Origin: a virus
DNA length: 64,000 bases
Reading direction: 5' to 3' (one strand)
IMG/VR virus record: IMGVR_UViG_3300036766_000185
Coordinates: 32,182 to 96,181 of that record
Positions 21,168-31,096 of the stretch are shown here, piece by piece. The position numbers were made by a program, and so were the translations under genes. Within the stretch, counting starts at the first letter, position 1. Every line of letters starts with the position of its first letter. The notes beneath the pieces were generated by a model, which did no database searches, had not been told where the DNA came from, and saw only the letters and a program-made list of their open reading frames with translations.

Positions 21168-21698
21168 TCAATCTGAGTTTTCTCCAACAATGAACAAATT
21201 CCAGCGACCGATGCATCCCAAAAATCTATCCATGTCCGACTTCCAATCAATCAGATCGTCCAGTTTAGTGGGAAGCTTATTCTCTGCAATTCGCACTAGC
21301 GTATCGTCTTCAATATCAATAGGATAAAGCCCTTCTTCTAAGTATTTATAGCTTCGATTGCAACTGAGACTAAAATCGCTCAAATCGTAATCGTAAGCTG
21401 CAAGTTCGTCTAATGTTGCTCCGAAAGCTCCACAGTTGCTCTCGTACCATTTGTCAGAGAGCCATTTCATGTATCGCTTCATGTACTTCGTTGGCGTCAA
21501 GATAGTCCCAAGAAATTTCGGATGATGACAAGCTATCCCTGCTGTTTGATGGACAATCTTAATCCACTTTCTAGTATCTTTAAAGGGAAGACCATCAAAT
21601 GGAGAATAAACAGCGAGCACCAGTTGAGGTAGAGTTAGTTTCAAATCAAGATCAAGAAACTTGTACTCGTCGTCTGGGGTGAACTCTAGCTCTTTCAT
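21168..21698 (-). CDS. Hypothetical protein
   Basis: ORF with purine-rich RBS upstream. Confidence 0.6.
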   Translation of the reverse strand: MKELEFTPDDEYKFLDLDLKLTLPQLVLAVYSPFDGLPFKDTRKWIKIVHQTAGIACHHPKFLGTILTPTKYMKRYMKWLSDKWYESNCGAFGATLDELAAYDYDLSDFSLSCNRSYKYLEEGLYPIDIEDDTLVRIAENKLPTKLDDLIDWKSDMDRFLGCIGRWNLFIVGENSD

Positions 21699-21784
21699 TC
21701 TGCTCTCCTCGTATCATACTGAAAAAAGGCCGTCTCTCCGCGCTGTCAAGCCGTAAATTCGCAGGTCGGCTTTCCCCGTAGATC

Positions 21785-22372
21785 TTAGTAGAAAATCCCA
21801 AAAAGATCACCAAACAGTGTTCGGTCGTTCTTCTTGCTCTGCTTCTCTAAACGCTTTAGAGCAGCCGCGTACTTCGGTGTGAACTCTTCTTTAGTCATTA
21901 CACCAGCTTTGTACGCCTCAATCAGACGATTCAAGTACACGTCTGTCTTCGCGAAAACTGATGTACGAGAGAACCCAACACCACCCAAGAACGTACCGAT
22001 ATTGATCGAGTCCGTCCCAGCCGCCGCACTCGTCCCTGCAGAGCCGAACGAGTACACGCGGGTCTTGATACTGTTGCCACCGTTACTGGCCGTCGAGCTT
22101 CCACCATTTGCGGTGTTCGTGTTGTGAACACTCGCATTTCCGCCCGTCGCGGAATTGCCGTTCACGTTCTGATTCGTGTTCGTAACGGCATTGTTGGAGT
22201 TGCCGCCGTTCCCACCGTTGCCCCCGTTTCCACCATTACCGCCGTTGCCGCCATCGCCACCACAGCCAGCAGCCTGACCACCACTTGACTCACATCCCTG
22301 ATCGCTAGCAGCCGCAAAAGCAAGCTGCGAGCCAATCAACACTAGAGCCACCACCAAAATCAACTTCTTCAT
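21785..22372 (-). CDS. Secreted Gly/Asn-rich protein
   Basis: Signal peptide ending AFA; GGN repeats. Confidence 0.7.
   Translation of the reverse strand: MKKLILVVALVLIGSQLAFAAASDQGCESSGGQAAGCGGDGGNGGNGGNGGNGGNGGNSNNAVTNTNQNVNGNSATGGNASVHNTNTANGGSSTASNGGNSIKTRVYSFGSAGTSAAAGTDSINIGTFLGGVGFSRTSVFAKTDVYLNRLIEAYKAGVMTKEEFTPKYAAALKRLEKQSKKNDRTLFGDLFGIFY
22198..22262 (-). repeat. Degenerate 9-bp coding tandem repeat (GGD/GGN)n
   Basis: GGDGGNGGNGGNGGNGGNGGN encoded with varying synonymous codons. Confidence 0.75.
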
Positions 22373-22442
22373 TCTTCAACCCTCCCGATTTTCGGCCCGC
22401 ACCACACGAGCCTGCGCTACACGTTACTCAGATCATCCAACT

Positions 22443-22961
22443 CTAGCCTCTAAAGTCTGCTTCATTTTCTTTTCCTAAGCAACATTTTTTAAATTTCTTC
22501 TTGCTTCCGCACGGACAGAGAGTATTCCTCCCTATCTTTACTGATCGATATTCTTTATCAGCAATCGTAATCCCGTACAGATGATCAAGTTCATGCTGTA
22601 CTACAATCGCCTCTAGCCCTGACAGCGCGTACTCTTTGTCGTCTCCGTTCTTCACAACGACCTCGGTCGCCCGCTGCACACTTTTCGTTAATCCTGGAAG
22701 ACTCAAGCATCCTTCTGAGTGCACGACGAAATCAGACGCTTTGATGATCTCAGGATTCCAGAGATTTAGTTTAGTGTCTTTTACTCTCACGATCGCCGCT
22801 CGCTTTAGTACGCCGATCTGTACGGCAGCCAATCCAACTCCTGGAGTCTCTGAGTTTGTTAATTCAGTCTCCAATCTGTCAAAGAGCAGAGCTAGATTGT
22901 CTGCCTTTTCCACTGGGTCCGATATTCGATTTAAGAGCACTTTTGATAGTTCAATCATCAA
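22443..22961 (-). CDS. def: Peptide deformylase with C-terminal SEC-C motif
   Basis: GVGLAAVQ, EGCLS and HELDH motifs; tail GRNTLCPCGSKKKFKKCC. Confidence 0.93.
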   Translation of the reverse strand: MMIELSKVLLNRISDPVEKADNLALLFDRLETELTNSETPGVGLAAVQIGVLKRAAIVRVKDTKLNLWNPEIIKASDFVVHSEGCLSLPGLTKSVQRATEVVVKNGDDKEYALSGLEAIVVQHELDHLYGITIADKEYRSVKIGRNTLCPCGSKKKFKKCCLGKENEADFRG

Positions 22962-23190
22962 ACTTTCGCGACTGGTTTCTTAAACCGAGCACGAGCTACA
23001 GCTTGAATCTCTAATAGTCTAGCCTCATCCTCAGTTGTGCGTCCTTGTTTAACCGCTAACGCCAAAGCTTCTACTAACTCCTCGCGCTTCATCAGATTAA
23101 AACAGCGCAGACCATATCCCTTTGCTGCTTTCTTCATCGCGTTAAAACTCATTTCTTCGGCCATCTGATCCTCCTTTGTCCTCTACTACA

Positions 23191-23220
23191 AGTATACACT
23201 ATCCGATATATCGGTGTCAA
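23191..23220 (-). promoter_or_regulatory. Sigma70-type promoter of the repeated family
   Basis: TTGACA-CCGATATATCGGATAGTG-TATACT. Confidence 0.8.
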
Positions 23221-23226
23221 GTATTC

Positions 23227-24273
23227 CTATTGCTGCCGAGCGAACGTCGAAATCTCTGTTGTCAACTTAGAAACTAACTTCTGATCTGGACGCACAACGG
23301 CTAAAAAGTTCTTTATCCCATTCGCTTTAATATCGCCATACGTATAGACGCTCCCACTTCTATGAATCAAGTCGTACAAAGTACCATATCTTATGATCTC
23401 TTCTAGCGTATCGACCTGCCCCTGCAACGGGCCTTGAAAGTACAACGTAAACTGTCCCTCCCTATATGGACTATAGGTCTTGTTCTTTTTAGTCAGGAAC
23501 TTGATCACGTGCCCAATTTTTACCTTATCACCCGCAGCGTTGTCCTCTTCGATCCACTCACCGTGCTTAAAGCGCACACGAATAGACGCTGCAAATCTAA
23601 TACCCATACCCCCTGGAGTAGTCTCAGGGTCACCATAAACTATACCGATTTTTAGTCGAATCTGATTTATCAATAGCACTATGCAGTTATTCCAATCGTT
23701 GTTCTCATTCAGCGAATTTAGCGCTGCAGACAGTCTACGAATAGCGCGATTCATAAGTAGCGCTCGCTCTCCAATCTTCTCTACATCATCAACAACTGAC
23801 TTGTCAAGCTCGCTCTGTGGACTCATGGCAGCCACGCTGTCTAGAACAACTATTCCGCAATCACCCGATCGAACAAACGCTTCCAAGACTTCAACCGCCT
23901 GTTCAGAAGTTTCAGGACGTGAGTAGATAAGACTTGCTACATCAACGCCCATCAACTCCGCCCATTTAGAGTCCCAGGTATTCTCAACGTCAATATAAAC
24001 TGCGGTCTTTCCCGACTTCTGCACATTTGCTATAAGTTTTAACGCCATCGTGGTTTTCCCAGAGCTTTCCGCTCCGTACCACTCGATGATTCGTCCAAGA
24101 GGCATCCCTCCGCCACATTCAATATCGAGAGAAAGTGAGCCAGTTGAGACACGCTCTAGATCAACAGTTTTAATCCCAGATCCTTTCATCGCCAGACCTG
24201 TCCCGTATTTCTTTTGGAGACGACTCATGATCTCCTCGGCGTTACTCATCGCTGATACGCTCTCCGATTTCAT
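23227..24273 (-). CDS. recA: RecA recombinase (likely start about 24250)
   Basis: STGSLSLD..GGG.P.GRIIE.YGAESSGKTT, VLDSVAAM, INQIR, ETTPGG. Confidence 0.95.
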   Translation of the reverse strand: MKSESVSAMSNAEEIMSRLQKKYGTGLAMKGSGIKTVDLERVSTGSLSLDIECGGGMPLGRIIEWYGAESSGKTTMALKLIANVQKSGKTAVYIDVENTWDSKWAELMGVDVASLIYSRPETSEQAVEVLEAFVRSGDCGIVVLDSVAAMSPQSELDKSVVDDVEKIGERALLMNRAIRRLSAALNSLNENNDWNNCIVLLINQIRLKIGIVYGDPETTPGGMGIRFAASIRVRFKHGEWIEEDNAAGDKVKIGHVIKFLTKKNKTYSPYREGQFTLYFQGPLQGQVDTLEEIIRYGTLYDLIHRSGSVYTYGDIKANGIKNFLAVVRPDQKLVSKLTTEISTFARQQ

Positions 24274-24694
24274 TGATGTGCTTCATCAACTCTTTAGCTG
24301 CTCCTAGCGACTCCTGACTGTGAATATCGCGGGCATGCCCTGGAACTCGGCTTTTTCGCATTTCGAATTGAAATCCTCGTCCAAGTTTTACTCGATCTCG
24401 CTTTACTATGACGTACGGATGAATCATTTTCAGAAATCGATCCGCCATGTTGGCTGTTAAAATCCAATCACCAACGGGCTTGTGCATCCCATGACGCTTG
24501 TAAACTCGAAGATATCCACCGAATTTTCTGTGAATTGATTTCATAAGATCCAGATGAGTATTTACAATTCCGATTCTAAGCGAATAGACCGTAGTCTTTG
24601 TTAGAGGCTTCAAGCTTCGTAGAATTGTTAGATATCCTTCTCCGTCGAACAGACCAGCTAGATATTTCGGAGTTAGTCTATCTTCGATTTCCAT
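24242..24694 (-). mobile_element. Free-standing single-motif LAGLIDADG homing endonuclease
   Basis: YLAGLFDGEG motif; sits between ruvC and recA with overlaps at both ends. Confidence 0.85.
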
Positions 24695-25227
24695 TACCGT
24701 TTCCCTCTTCGTGCTTTTGCTGTCGGAGCTTCTAATGTACTCTCGTATCCATACATCGCAAGGACGAATGCATCGGCTATGTCGTCTTGATCTATGTCAA
24801 TTTTATATTTGTAGTTAATAAAAGCTCGTACTTCTGGCTTTTTTACGTTTCCCTTACACCCTAATCTGCTTCTAGCTGAGGATGCATAGATCAAAATTGG
24901 TTTTGCTTCTTTTCGAGCAAGCCAGTCCCACAAAACTGCTCCCGACAATCTAGCTAGCAACTGAACTGTTCGATAGTTGTTTTTGAGAAAAACGTCCTCA
25001 ACGACCATCAAATCTACATCAGAGCGCGAGATAACAACGCTCAAATCACCAGCGATAACACGCATAACATCAAACTGATCAATACTTGCTTTAGTCTTGG
25101 CCTTCGTACCATACTTCTCTTTCAATCGCTCTACTGGGTTGATCACTCCCGACGCGAATATTTTTCCATCGTCGAGAATGCACCAACCCGTGCTTACGCT
25201 GCTGATATCAACCCCAAGAACTCTCAT
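24694..25227 (-). CDS. ruvC: RuvC-like Holliday junction resolvase
   Basis: VLGVDISSVSTGW, VVED, DDIADA. Confidence 0.85.
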   Translation of the reverse strand: MRVLGVDISSVSTGWCILDDGKIFASGVINPVERLKEKYGTKAKTKASIDQFDVMRVIAGDLSVVISRSDVDLMVVEDVFLKNNYRTVQLLARLSGAVLWDWLARKEAKPILIYASSARSRLGCKGNVKKPEVRAFINYKYKIDIDQDDIADAFVLAMYGYESTLEAPTAKARRGKR

Positions 25228-25433
25228 TCTGCAGCCTGCAAAGTGTTGTCTGTTACAGCCTCATTAAGCGCTGATATGTCATCTTCATCTAACCAGAGAT
25301 CCAATTGCATCGCTCCCTCACAGTACACACGAATATGTTTCATCGGACGATTCGTTGTGGCTGCTAGGTAATTCTCCACGTCAAATTTAAAGCGTTTAGA
25401 TTCGTAGCGCGTGTTCATTTTTATTGAAGAGAA

Positions 25434-25496
25434 GAGACTAGAGGACTACAGGCAGCAGCACCGTCTATTGGGTGGCCCATCGTAGCCTCTAGTCTC
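25434..25496 (-). terminator. Long stem-loop, possible terminator or processing site
   Basis: GAGACTAGAGG...CCTCTAGTCTC 11-bp inverted repeat followed by pyrimidines on the minus strand. Confidence 0.5.
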
Positions 25497-25516
25497 ATCT
25501 ATGCACCAGCCTCCGA

Positions 25517-25753
25517 TTACGCCAAACGCTCGATCACGACGTGCAGCAAACCCGCCGTAAGAGGGAGAGTAACAAGCCCCGGAACGATCGGGAGAACTGC
25601 ATGAATCAGCGGGGTTACTAAACCCGCAACGAACACCAGCGTCCCAACCGACAAAACTCGGTCAAGATCACTTGAATCATCATCCGTTCGCATCACTGAC
25701 GCGACTTTCTTCAAGATCTCCGGAAGAGTAACGTTCGCCATATCTATGCTCAC
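25517..25753 (-). CDS. Small membrane protein
   Basis: Hydrophobic C-terminal half; has its own promoter upstream. Confidence 0.6.
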   Translation of the reverse strand: MSIDMANVTLPEILKKVASVMRTDDDSSDLDRVLSVGTLVFVAGLVTPLIHAVLPIVPGLVTLPLTAGLLHVVIERLA

Positions 25754-25773
25754 CCCCTCTCGTTTCTATTTTA

Positions 25774-25803
25774 AGTATACACTACCTGATGTATCGGTGT
25801 CAA
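25774..25803 (-). promoter_or_regulatory. Sigma70-type promoter of the repeated family
   Basis: TTGACA-CCGATACATCAGGTAGTG-TATACT. Confidence 0.8.
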
Positions 25804-26174
25804 GTATTTGACTTCCAACGAATATCGTCAGTTCCAATGACGCGCTTCTCGAACATTATTAGCGTGAGACAGTGCCAGGCCGCGTGTGCTAGATGATGCT
25901 TTCCACTTTCGGGGTCATACGATTCTCCGTTTAGCCATAGCATTAAATGTCGATACAGCGCATTTACCGAAAGCGACCATTTATAGCCCTTACGATAATT
26001 TGTGGGGTCATATTTCTGTGCCCCATACCCATAGACGCTGCCTAGCTCACTCAGCGCTTCGGGCGGTGCCCATCCCAACTGAGATTCTTTGCTACCCTTA
26101 GCTCCGCCAGTCTTAGGGTCAACAACAATCGTCTCTACTACTCGACTTGTCATTAGGCGCTCGCTAGATTTCAA
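25800..26174 (-). CDS. DUF5664 family protein (dATP/dGTP diphosphohydrolase N-terminal-like)
   Basis: GG.K...V.GYGAQKY...NYRKG..WS....L.RH...W..GE..DPESG.HHLAHAAW. Confidence 0.8.
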   Translation of the reverse strand: MKSSERLMTSRVVETIVVDPKTGGAKGSKESQLGWAPPEALSELGSVYGYGAQKYDPTNYRKGYKWSLSVNALYRHLMLWLNGESYDPESGKHHLAHAAWHCLTLIMFEKRVIGTDDIRWKSNT

Positions 26175-26809
26175 AGAACGTCCGCACCGTCGTCTAATGG
26201 ATTTAGCGTAGTCGCTGTCGTTGATTCATCTGACTCGGTTTCTGCTTCTTTCTCTGTCTCTTCCTTCTTGGGAGGAACTTGACCCTTGAGTAATGCATTC
26301 AGACGTTCAGGATTTATTTTGTAATATTCATCTAGGTCTACCTTCGCCAGAGTAAGCTCACCCTCGGACAACGGCTTCATATTCGGAGTAATTGTAACAG
26401 AGTAGCGCGTGTCCAGTTTCTCGCCCTTACGAGTAACGGCGATATCAAACTGCGTGGGATGCTTTTCCCACTCAACACTGGTCGCGTGAATCTGCCCCTT
26501 CTTCTCTTCGCTAAACTCCCAAATCTTAACTTTGCCGTCGCGACGATCTAGTACATTAACAATGTTCACTTTACGAATCACGTTTCCTGCAGCTTTGACG
26601 CGCTCATTATCTTCTCGCGCAACAGTAACGGGGTATCGCTTTCCGCCAACCTCAATTCTCGTCATGAAAACTTGCTTCGGCTCCATGTCTAGAATGCGCA
26701 CGGCAGCCGTCTCACCGTCCTTTAAGTTAAAGTACAAAACCTTACTGTACTCTGTCTGTCGTGCATCTGGTTCCCATGCCTTCATCGTTTCGTTTGTCTG
26801 TGCGCTCAT
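26171..26809 (-). CDS. Single-stranded DNA-binding protein (gp32-like), paralog without zinc motif
   Basis: VRILD...NVLDRRDGKVKIW...FDIAVTRKGEKLDTRY, acidic C-terminal tail. Confidence 0.7.
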   Translation of the reverse strand: MSAQTNETMKAWEPDARQTEYSKVLYFNLKDGETAAVRILDMEPKQVFMTRIEVGGKRYPVTVAREDNERVKAAGNVIRKVNIVNVLDRRDGKVKIWEFSEEKKGQIHATSVEWEKHPTQFDIAVTRKGEKLDTRYSVTITPNMKPLSEGELTLAKVDLDEYYKINPERLNALLKGQVPPKKEETEKEAETESDESTTATTLNPLDDGADVL

Positions 26810-26818
26810 TCGACCCTC

Positions 26819-27259
26819 CTAAGCTACTATCTGTTCCGTCACTAATGTATCTAGAAGCTTCTTGACACTATTAATGTATTCCACCGTTCTGGCTAGCTGT
26901 CCCTGATAGAAATTAACAAGGCTTGTAAGTGATCTAACTGCATACGACGCTTCCCTCTCAGCCGATGCTGAGACAAACTTTTCTCCACTAGCTAATGTAG
27001 TTGACTTTGCGGTTAGATAACTCTCGGCCTCCTGATTATCAAGAATCGACTTCCACTTGTAAAACTGCGATGCAAAATAGCTATGTAGCGCGGTTGTTTC
27101 AGCCAATAGCTGTTGTAACTTAACTCTGGGAAAGAATCGATCGGCCAGCGCTCCTACCATCGTCTCTTTATCAATATCAGATAGTCGTTGCGCTAGCTTC
27201 GACGCCTCAGCGGGAATCAGAGCTTCATATTCAGACGACAAAGTTTCTAGACTGTTCAT
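26819..27259 (-). CDS. Helical protein, possibly a UvsY-like recombination mediator
   Basis: All-helical, about 140 aa, located next to an SSB and near recA; weak resemblance only. Confidence 0.3.
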   Translation of the reverse strand: MNSLETLSSEYEALIPAEASKLAQRLSDIDKETMVGALADRFFPRVKLQQLLAETTALHSYFASQFYKWKSILDNQEAESYLTAKSTTLASGEKFVSASAEREASYAVRSLTSLVNFYQGQLARTVEYINSVKKLLDTLVTEQIVA

Positions 27260-27891
27260 ACTTGCTCTCCCACCAGATGCCCGCCCTCCCAGGCGACCTC
27301 TCCAATAGAAAACTTGCTTCCAACTAGATCTCCCATCACGTATTCTAAGATGCCAAGATTCATATAGGCATCGTGTAAGGCATGATGAGGGAGAAGCGTC
27401 GGAGCGTATCCAAGAGCGAAGCTATGCCCAATCGTTTTCGCTGCGTGTTTAGTAGACTGAAACGATGTTTGATGCCTCACAGCGTCCATAAATATCAACG
27501 CATTTAGATCAATGCTTCTACGCCCAAACAGCGCCGCAGACTTTGGCAGCCATTTTCGTACAAATGGCATATCAAAGGCTCCCACGTTCAAACCGACAGG
27601 AATCAAATTGTATCTCTTCCCTTCTTTATAAAGAGGGGAATGCTTCGCCCAAGCATACAGTCTTTCATCCACTTGCTGAGCAGTCTCCAACTCAACTCGA
27701 TCTACTTTGGTAATATTCAGACCGTTTACTCTCATAGCTTCCGGACTAACCATCAGATTCTCATGTCTTACCTCAGCATAGAATGAACTCATATCAGACG
27801 CCATAACACATCCAATAGACAACAGAGAATGGATGGCGACTTCGCTGCCGCTGCTCTCAATATCTAAGGAAATCAAATCGAAGTCTAACAT
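27256..27891 (-). CDS. DEDDh 3'-5' exonuclease
   Basis: LDIESSG, NVGAFD, HHALHDA. Confidence 0.85.
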   Translation of the reverse strand: MLDFDLISLDIESSGSEVAIHSLLSIGCVMASDMSSFYAEVRHENLMVSPEAMRVNGLNITKVDRVELETAQQVDERLYAWAKHSPLYKEGKRYNLIPVGLNVGAFDMPFVRKWLPKSAALFGRRSIDLNALIFMDAVRHQTSFQSTKHAAKTIGHSFALGYAPTLLPHHALHDAYMNLGILEYVMGDLVGSKFSIGEVAWEGGHLVGEQV

Positions 27892-28541
27892 TAGATTGGT
27901 GCCTCCCCGTCTGAGATAGGAATTGCGTCTTCCTTCAGGCTACTAACCACGTCTTCATTAGGAGTAAATTCGCGAATCTTTCGACTAACTGCCTGGGATT
28001 TCTCTCGTAGATGCGTCATCTGCTCAGTTGCTGGCATAGGCTTCAACAATTCGTCTAGATCATATGTTGTAATCTTCTCTGTCAAAGCTCCGATTTCACC
28101 CGTTTTAGCCACTTGATATCGCGTGTCGTCCTTCGATTTGCCCGTGCGCACAATCGTTATATCGTATAAACGAGCATCTCCTGCAATCTTCATCAACGCC
28201 GCCAGGCCATCCTTGGCGTTTCCGTCTCTGTCTATGTATCCGACCAGCGCTCTTGAATAAACCATCACTTTGACTTTATTGTCCGAGCGATCTAAGACGT
28301 TGGTGTAGATTCGGAGAGTTTTGCTATCTCCACGATTGCAGAATAGACAATCATTCCCAGGACAGATAACCGGTTTCTTTCCCATACTTTCGAAGTGCAC
28401 GTAACGACACACCGGAGACTCGTCTAAAATACGCACTTTGTACGAACCCTCGTTAAGGCGCAGCAGAGGGAATCCAGCGCTGTCGCTCGTCGAGTCGGGC
28501 ATCCATTTCTCTAAGGCAGCCAAGTATTTATTTTCGTTCAT
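27891..28541 (-). CDS. Single-stranded DNA-binding protein (gp32-like) with zinc motif
   Basis: VRILD...H...CPGNDCLFC...NVLDRSDNKVKV...YDITIVRTGKSKDDTRY. Confidence 0.72.
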   Translation of the reverse strand: MNENKYLAALEKWMPDSTSDSAGFPLLRLNEGSYKVRILDESPVCRYVHFESMGKKPVICPGNDCLFCNRGDSKTLRIYTNVLDRSDNKVKVMVYSRALVGYIDRDGNAKDGLAALMKIAGDARLYDITIVRTGKSKDDTRYQVAKTGEIGALTEKITTYDLDELLKPMPATEQMTHLREKSQAVSRKIREFTPNEDVVSSLKEDAIPISDGEAPI

Positions 28542-28563
28542 GCTTTCCTCCTCTTCTACAATT

Positions 28564-28592
28564 AGTATATCACACCGTGTTAGTGCTGTTAA
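28564..28592 (-). promoter_or_regulatory. Sigma70-type promoter of the repeated family
   Basis: TTAACA-N17-TATACT with CGGTGTGA before the -10. Confidence 0.65.
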
Positions 28593-31096
28593 TTATTCTC
28601 TTTGGCATACTTGAGATTTCCAAGAGATTTCCCATACTTTACTTCCACCGCAAGAGGCACAATAATTCCAGGCATAGCTCTGGTCATTTCTCGTTCCATA
28701 ATCTCCGCAGCTTTCTTCCAATCGCTCTCGCGTACCTCAGTAACCAGTGAATCATGAACAGGCAATACGAGCCGCGCTGTTGGACACTCTGCTTTGAAGG
28801 CCATAGCAATACGATTCATTGCCGCATAAAGTATGTGTGCTTCAAGATTTTGTATCGGGAAATTCACTGCCGATCGCTCTGCATGACCTCTCATCTTCTG
28901 ATCAGGAGACGTAATTTCTGGCAATCGACGACGCGCTCCAAAGAGACTTATTACAAATCCGCGCTGTCTAGCCTCTTGAATCTTTCCTTGTGCATACTGT
29001 CTCGCTTTTGGACAGTTGGCAAAAAAGCGGGTGATATACACCTGTGCTTTCTCTTCACTAATTTTGAAGTGAGAGGCGATTTTCCACGCCGACGCTCCCA
29101 TAATAGTCGCGTACGTGAACGCCTTAGCATTTTGTCTCTCTTCTTTTGTAATTTGATCTTCTGGCTTATTAAAGATCATTGATGCTATAACCTTGTGCAC
29201 GTCGCGCTTTTGTCTAAGATCTTCAATCATTTTCTGATCGTTCATGTAGTTTACCCAAATCCTGAATTGAATTTGCGCATAGTCTGCAGCCACCAAGACA
29301 CAACCCTCGTCAGCCACAAAAATATCTCTCGCTCGACTAGCTATGGTTGCTTTGCCACTTTCATCTTTTTCATCACGCGCAATATTCTGCAGATTGGGAT
29401 TACGAGAGGCTAAGCGGTGAATCTCAGTTCCATACAGTAGAAACTTGCTGTGAATACGTCCATCTTTTCGAATAAACGCTTCGAAATTCTCACCGTAGGC
29501 CGACACCAGATGCTCATATGACCTCTTCTCTGTGATCATTCTTGGAATTTCGTGCACACCAGCAAGCTCTTTAAGCGTGATTTCATCTGTCGATGCATTC
29601 CCCGTTTTAGTCTTTTTAACCGGCCTGAGCTTGAGAATATTGAACAGAATCTTTCGCAATTGTACTGGAGAACTGTAATTAATCTCATCTAGTTCCAGCA
29701 TAACTTTGGCTTGCGCGGTAACAGGATGCGCCTGCAGTTGCTTGTCAATATCCTCGGCGTACGATTGATACTCTTGACGAGTGGCATGAAGTCTCTCAAT
29801 ATCAATCTTCACCCCTGCCCATTCTACGTCGATCAGCGTATTCTGCACCGGCATCATGATACGTCTGAACACGGGCATTAGATTTTGTGTGTCTAGCTCT
29901 TTTAAGAACAATCTACGCAATCGTCCGGTAGCGTCCACGTCAGCAGCCGCATAGGGCCATAGCACGTCGAAAGGAATCTTAGCAAAATCGACGGTCTTCT
30001 TGGCGTATGTCTTGTCTCCCTCAATTACGAGCTTAGTCTTCCATTCCTCGATTTCTGCATTGTACATACCCAAGTCTGTGAACTCTAGCGCCAACTCTTT
30101 AAGGCCATGACTTCTTGCATTCTCATTTAGGAGATGGTGCATGATAATCGTATCGTATGCGAAGTTCTTCACTTGAATCCCAATTGCTCGTAGAAAGGGA
30201 ATATCAAACGCTCCTAGATGTGCAGATTTTGACACGTCAGACTCAAAGAACGTCTTAATCTCTTGCATCACGTCTGCTTGACGCTCACTCCACCATTCTT
30301 TTCCGTCTACGAAAATCGGCACTACATACGCCACGCGCTCGGCAGGGGAGAACCCAATCGAAATAATGCGATGCTTATCTACATCAAGCCCTGTCGTTTC
30401 AAGGTCGAAGTCTACCGTCTCTGCCGCTCGTAGCTCTGCAAGAGCCGCATCCAGATCCTCAAGCGTTTTGACAAGTTGATAGTCCGTAGGCAGTCTCTTA
30501 GTCTCCAGCGATTTTCCTTCAAGCATCAACTTAATCATTCGCAAGTCCTTGACAAATTGATCTTTCAGTCGTGTATCTCCAGGATTGCGAAGAATATACG
30601 ATGGATGATAGGTCGGTACCAGTTTACAATTAAAATCCTCACTAGAGAAGATAGATCCTCGCAAGCGTGTAATACCCGCTTTATCAAGAAAGACCTTTAG
30701 CGCTGTCGCTCCAAGTAATACTATGATCTTAGGTTGCACTTCTCGAATTTCTCTGATTAGATACGACGCATCACCAACGATCTCACTCATGGTTGGGACA
30801 CGATTCTCAGGAGGGCGCACATGATACACATTTGTAATATAGACCTGCTCACGGTCAAATCCGGCCTCAATAAGACATTTCGTAAGCACCTGCCCAGCAG
30901 GACCAACAAATGGTTTTCCTTGCGCATCTTCCTCAGCGCCAGGAGCTTCACCAATAAACATGAGTTCAGCAGGCGTAGGACCCGCGCCACAGACATATCG
31001 TGCATTTGGGATAGGGAGCGCACCTTCTGGGCACTCCTTGAATACTACGCTAATTATAGGTTCTGCTATCTTTTTAGTGTTCATTCTCGTAGTCAT
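28589..31096 (-). CDS. polA: Family A DNA polymerase with N-terminal family-4 uracil-DNA-glycosylase-like domain (SPO1-type architecture)
   Basis: GEAPGAEED...RPPENR...TYHPSYILR (UDG); DLETTG/FD/YAAAD (exonuclease); [12 protein letters not shown], motif A DYAQIQFR, motif [15 protein letters not shown], motif C VHDS. Confidence 0.95.
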   Translation of the reverse strand: MTTRMNTKKIAEPIISVVFKECPEGALPIPNARYVCGAGPTPAELMFIGEAPGAEEDAQGKPFVGPAGQVLTKCLIEAGFDREQVYITNVYHVRPPENRVPTMSEIVGDASYLIREIREVQPKIIVLLGATALKVFLDKAGITRLRGSIFSSEDFNCKLVPTYHPSYILRNPGDTRLKDQFVKDLRMIKLMLEGKSLETKRLPTDYQLVKTLEDLDAALAELRAAETVDFDLETTGLDVDKHRIISIGFSPAERVAYVVPIFVDGKEWWSERQADVMQEIKTFFESDVSKSAHLGAFDIPFLRAIGIQVKNFAYDTIIMHHLLNENARSHGLKELALEFTDLGMYNAEIEEWKTKLVIEGDKTYAKKTVDFAKIPFDVLWPYAAADVDATGRLRRLFLKELDTQNLMPVFRRIMMPVQNTLIDVEWAGVKIDIERLHATRQEYQSYAEDIDKQLQAHPVTAQAKVMLELDEINYSSPVQLRKILFNILKLRPVKKTKTGNASTDEITLKELAGVHEIPRMITEKRSYEHLVSAYGENFEAFIRKDGRIHSKFLLYGTEIHRLASRNPNLQNIARDEKDESGKATIASRARDIFVADEGCVLVAADYAQIQFRIWVNYMNDQKMIEDLRQKRDVHKVIASMIFNKPEDQITKEERQNAKAFTYATIMGASAWKIASHFKISEEKAQVYITRFFANCPKARQYAQGKIQEARQRGFVISLFGARRRLPEITSPDQKMRGHAERSAVNFPIQNLEAHILYAAMNRIAMAFKAECPTARLVLPVHDSLVTEVRESDWKKAAEIMEREMTRAMPGIIVPLAVEVKYGKSLGNLKYAKENN

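Noticed and set aside
24242-24694. LAGLIDADG gene as part of a group I intron or intein in recA
   Set aside because: recA and ruvC are each intact and overlap the endonuclease ORF directly, leaving no room for intron core structure
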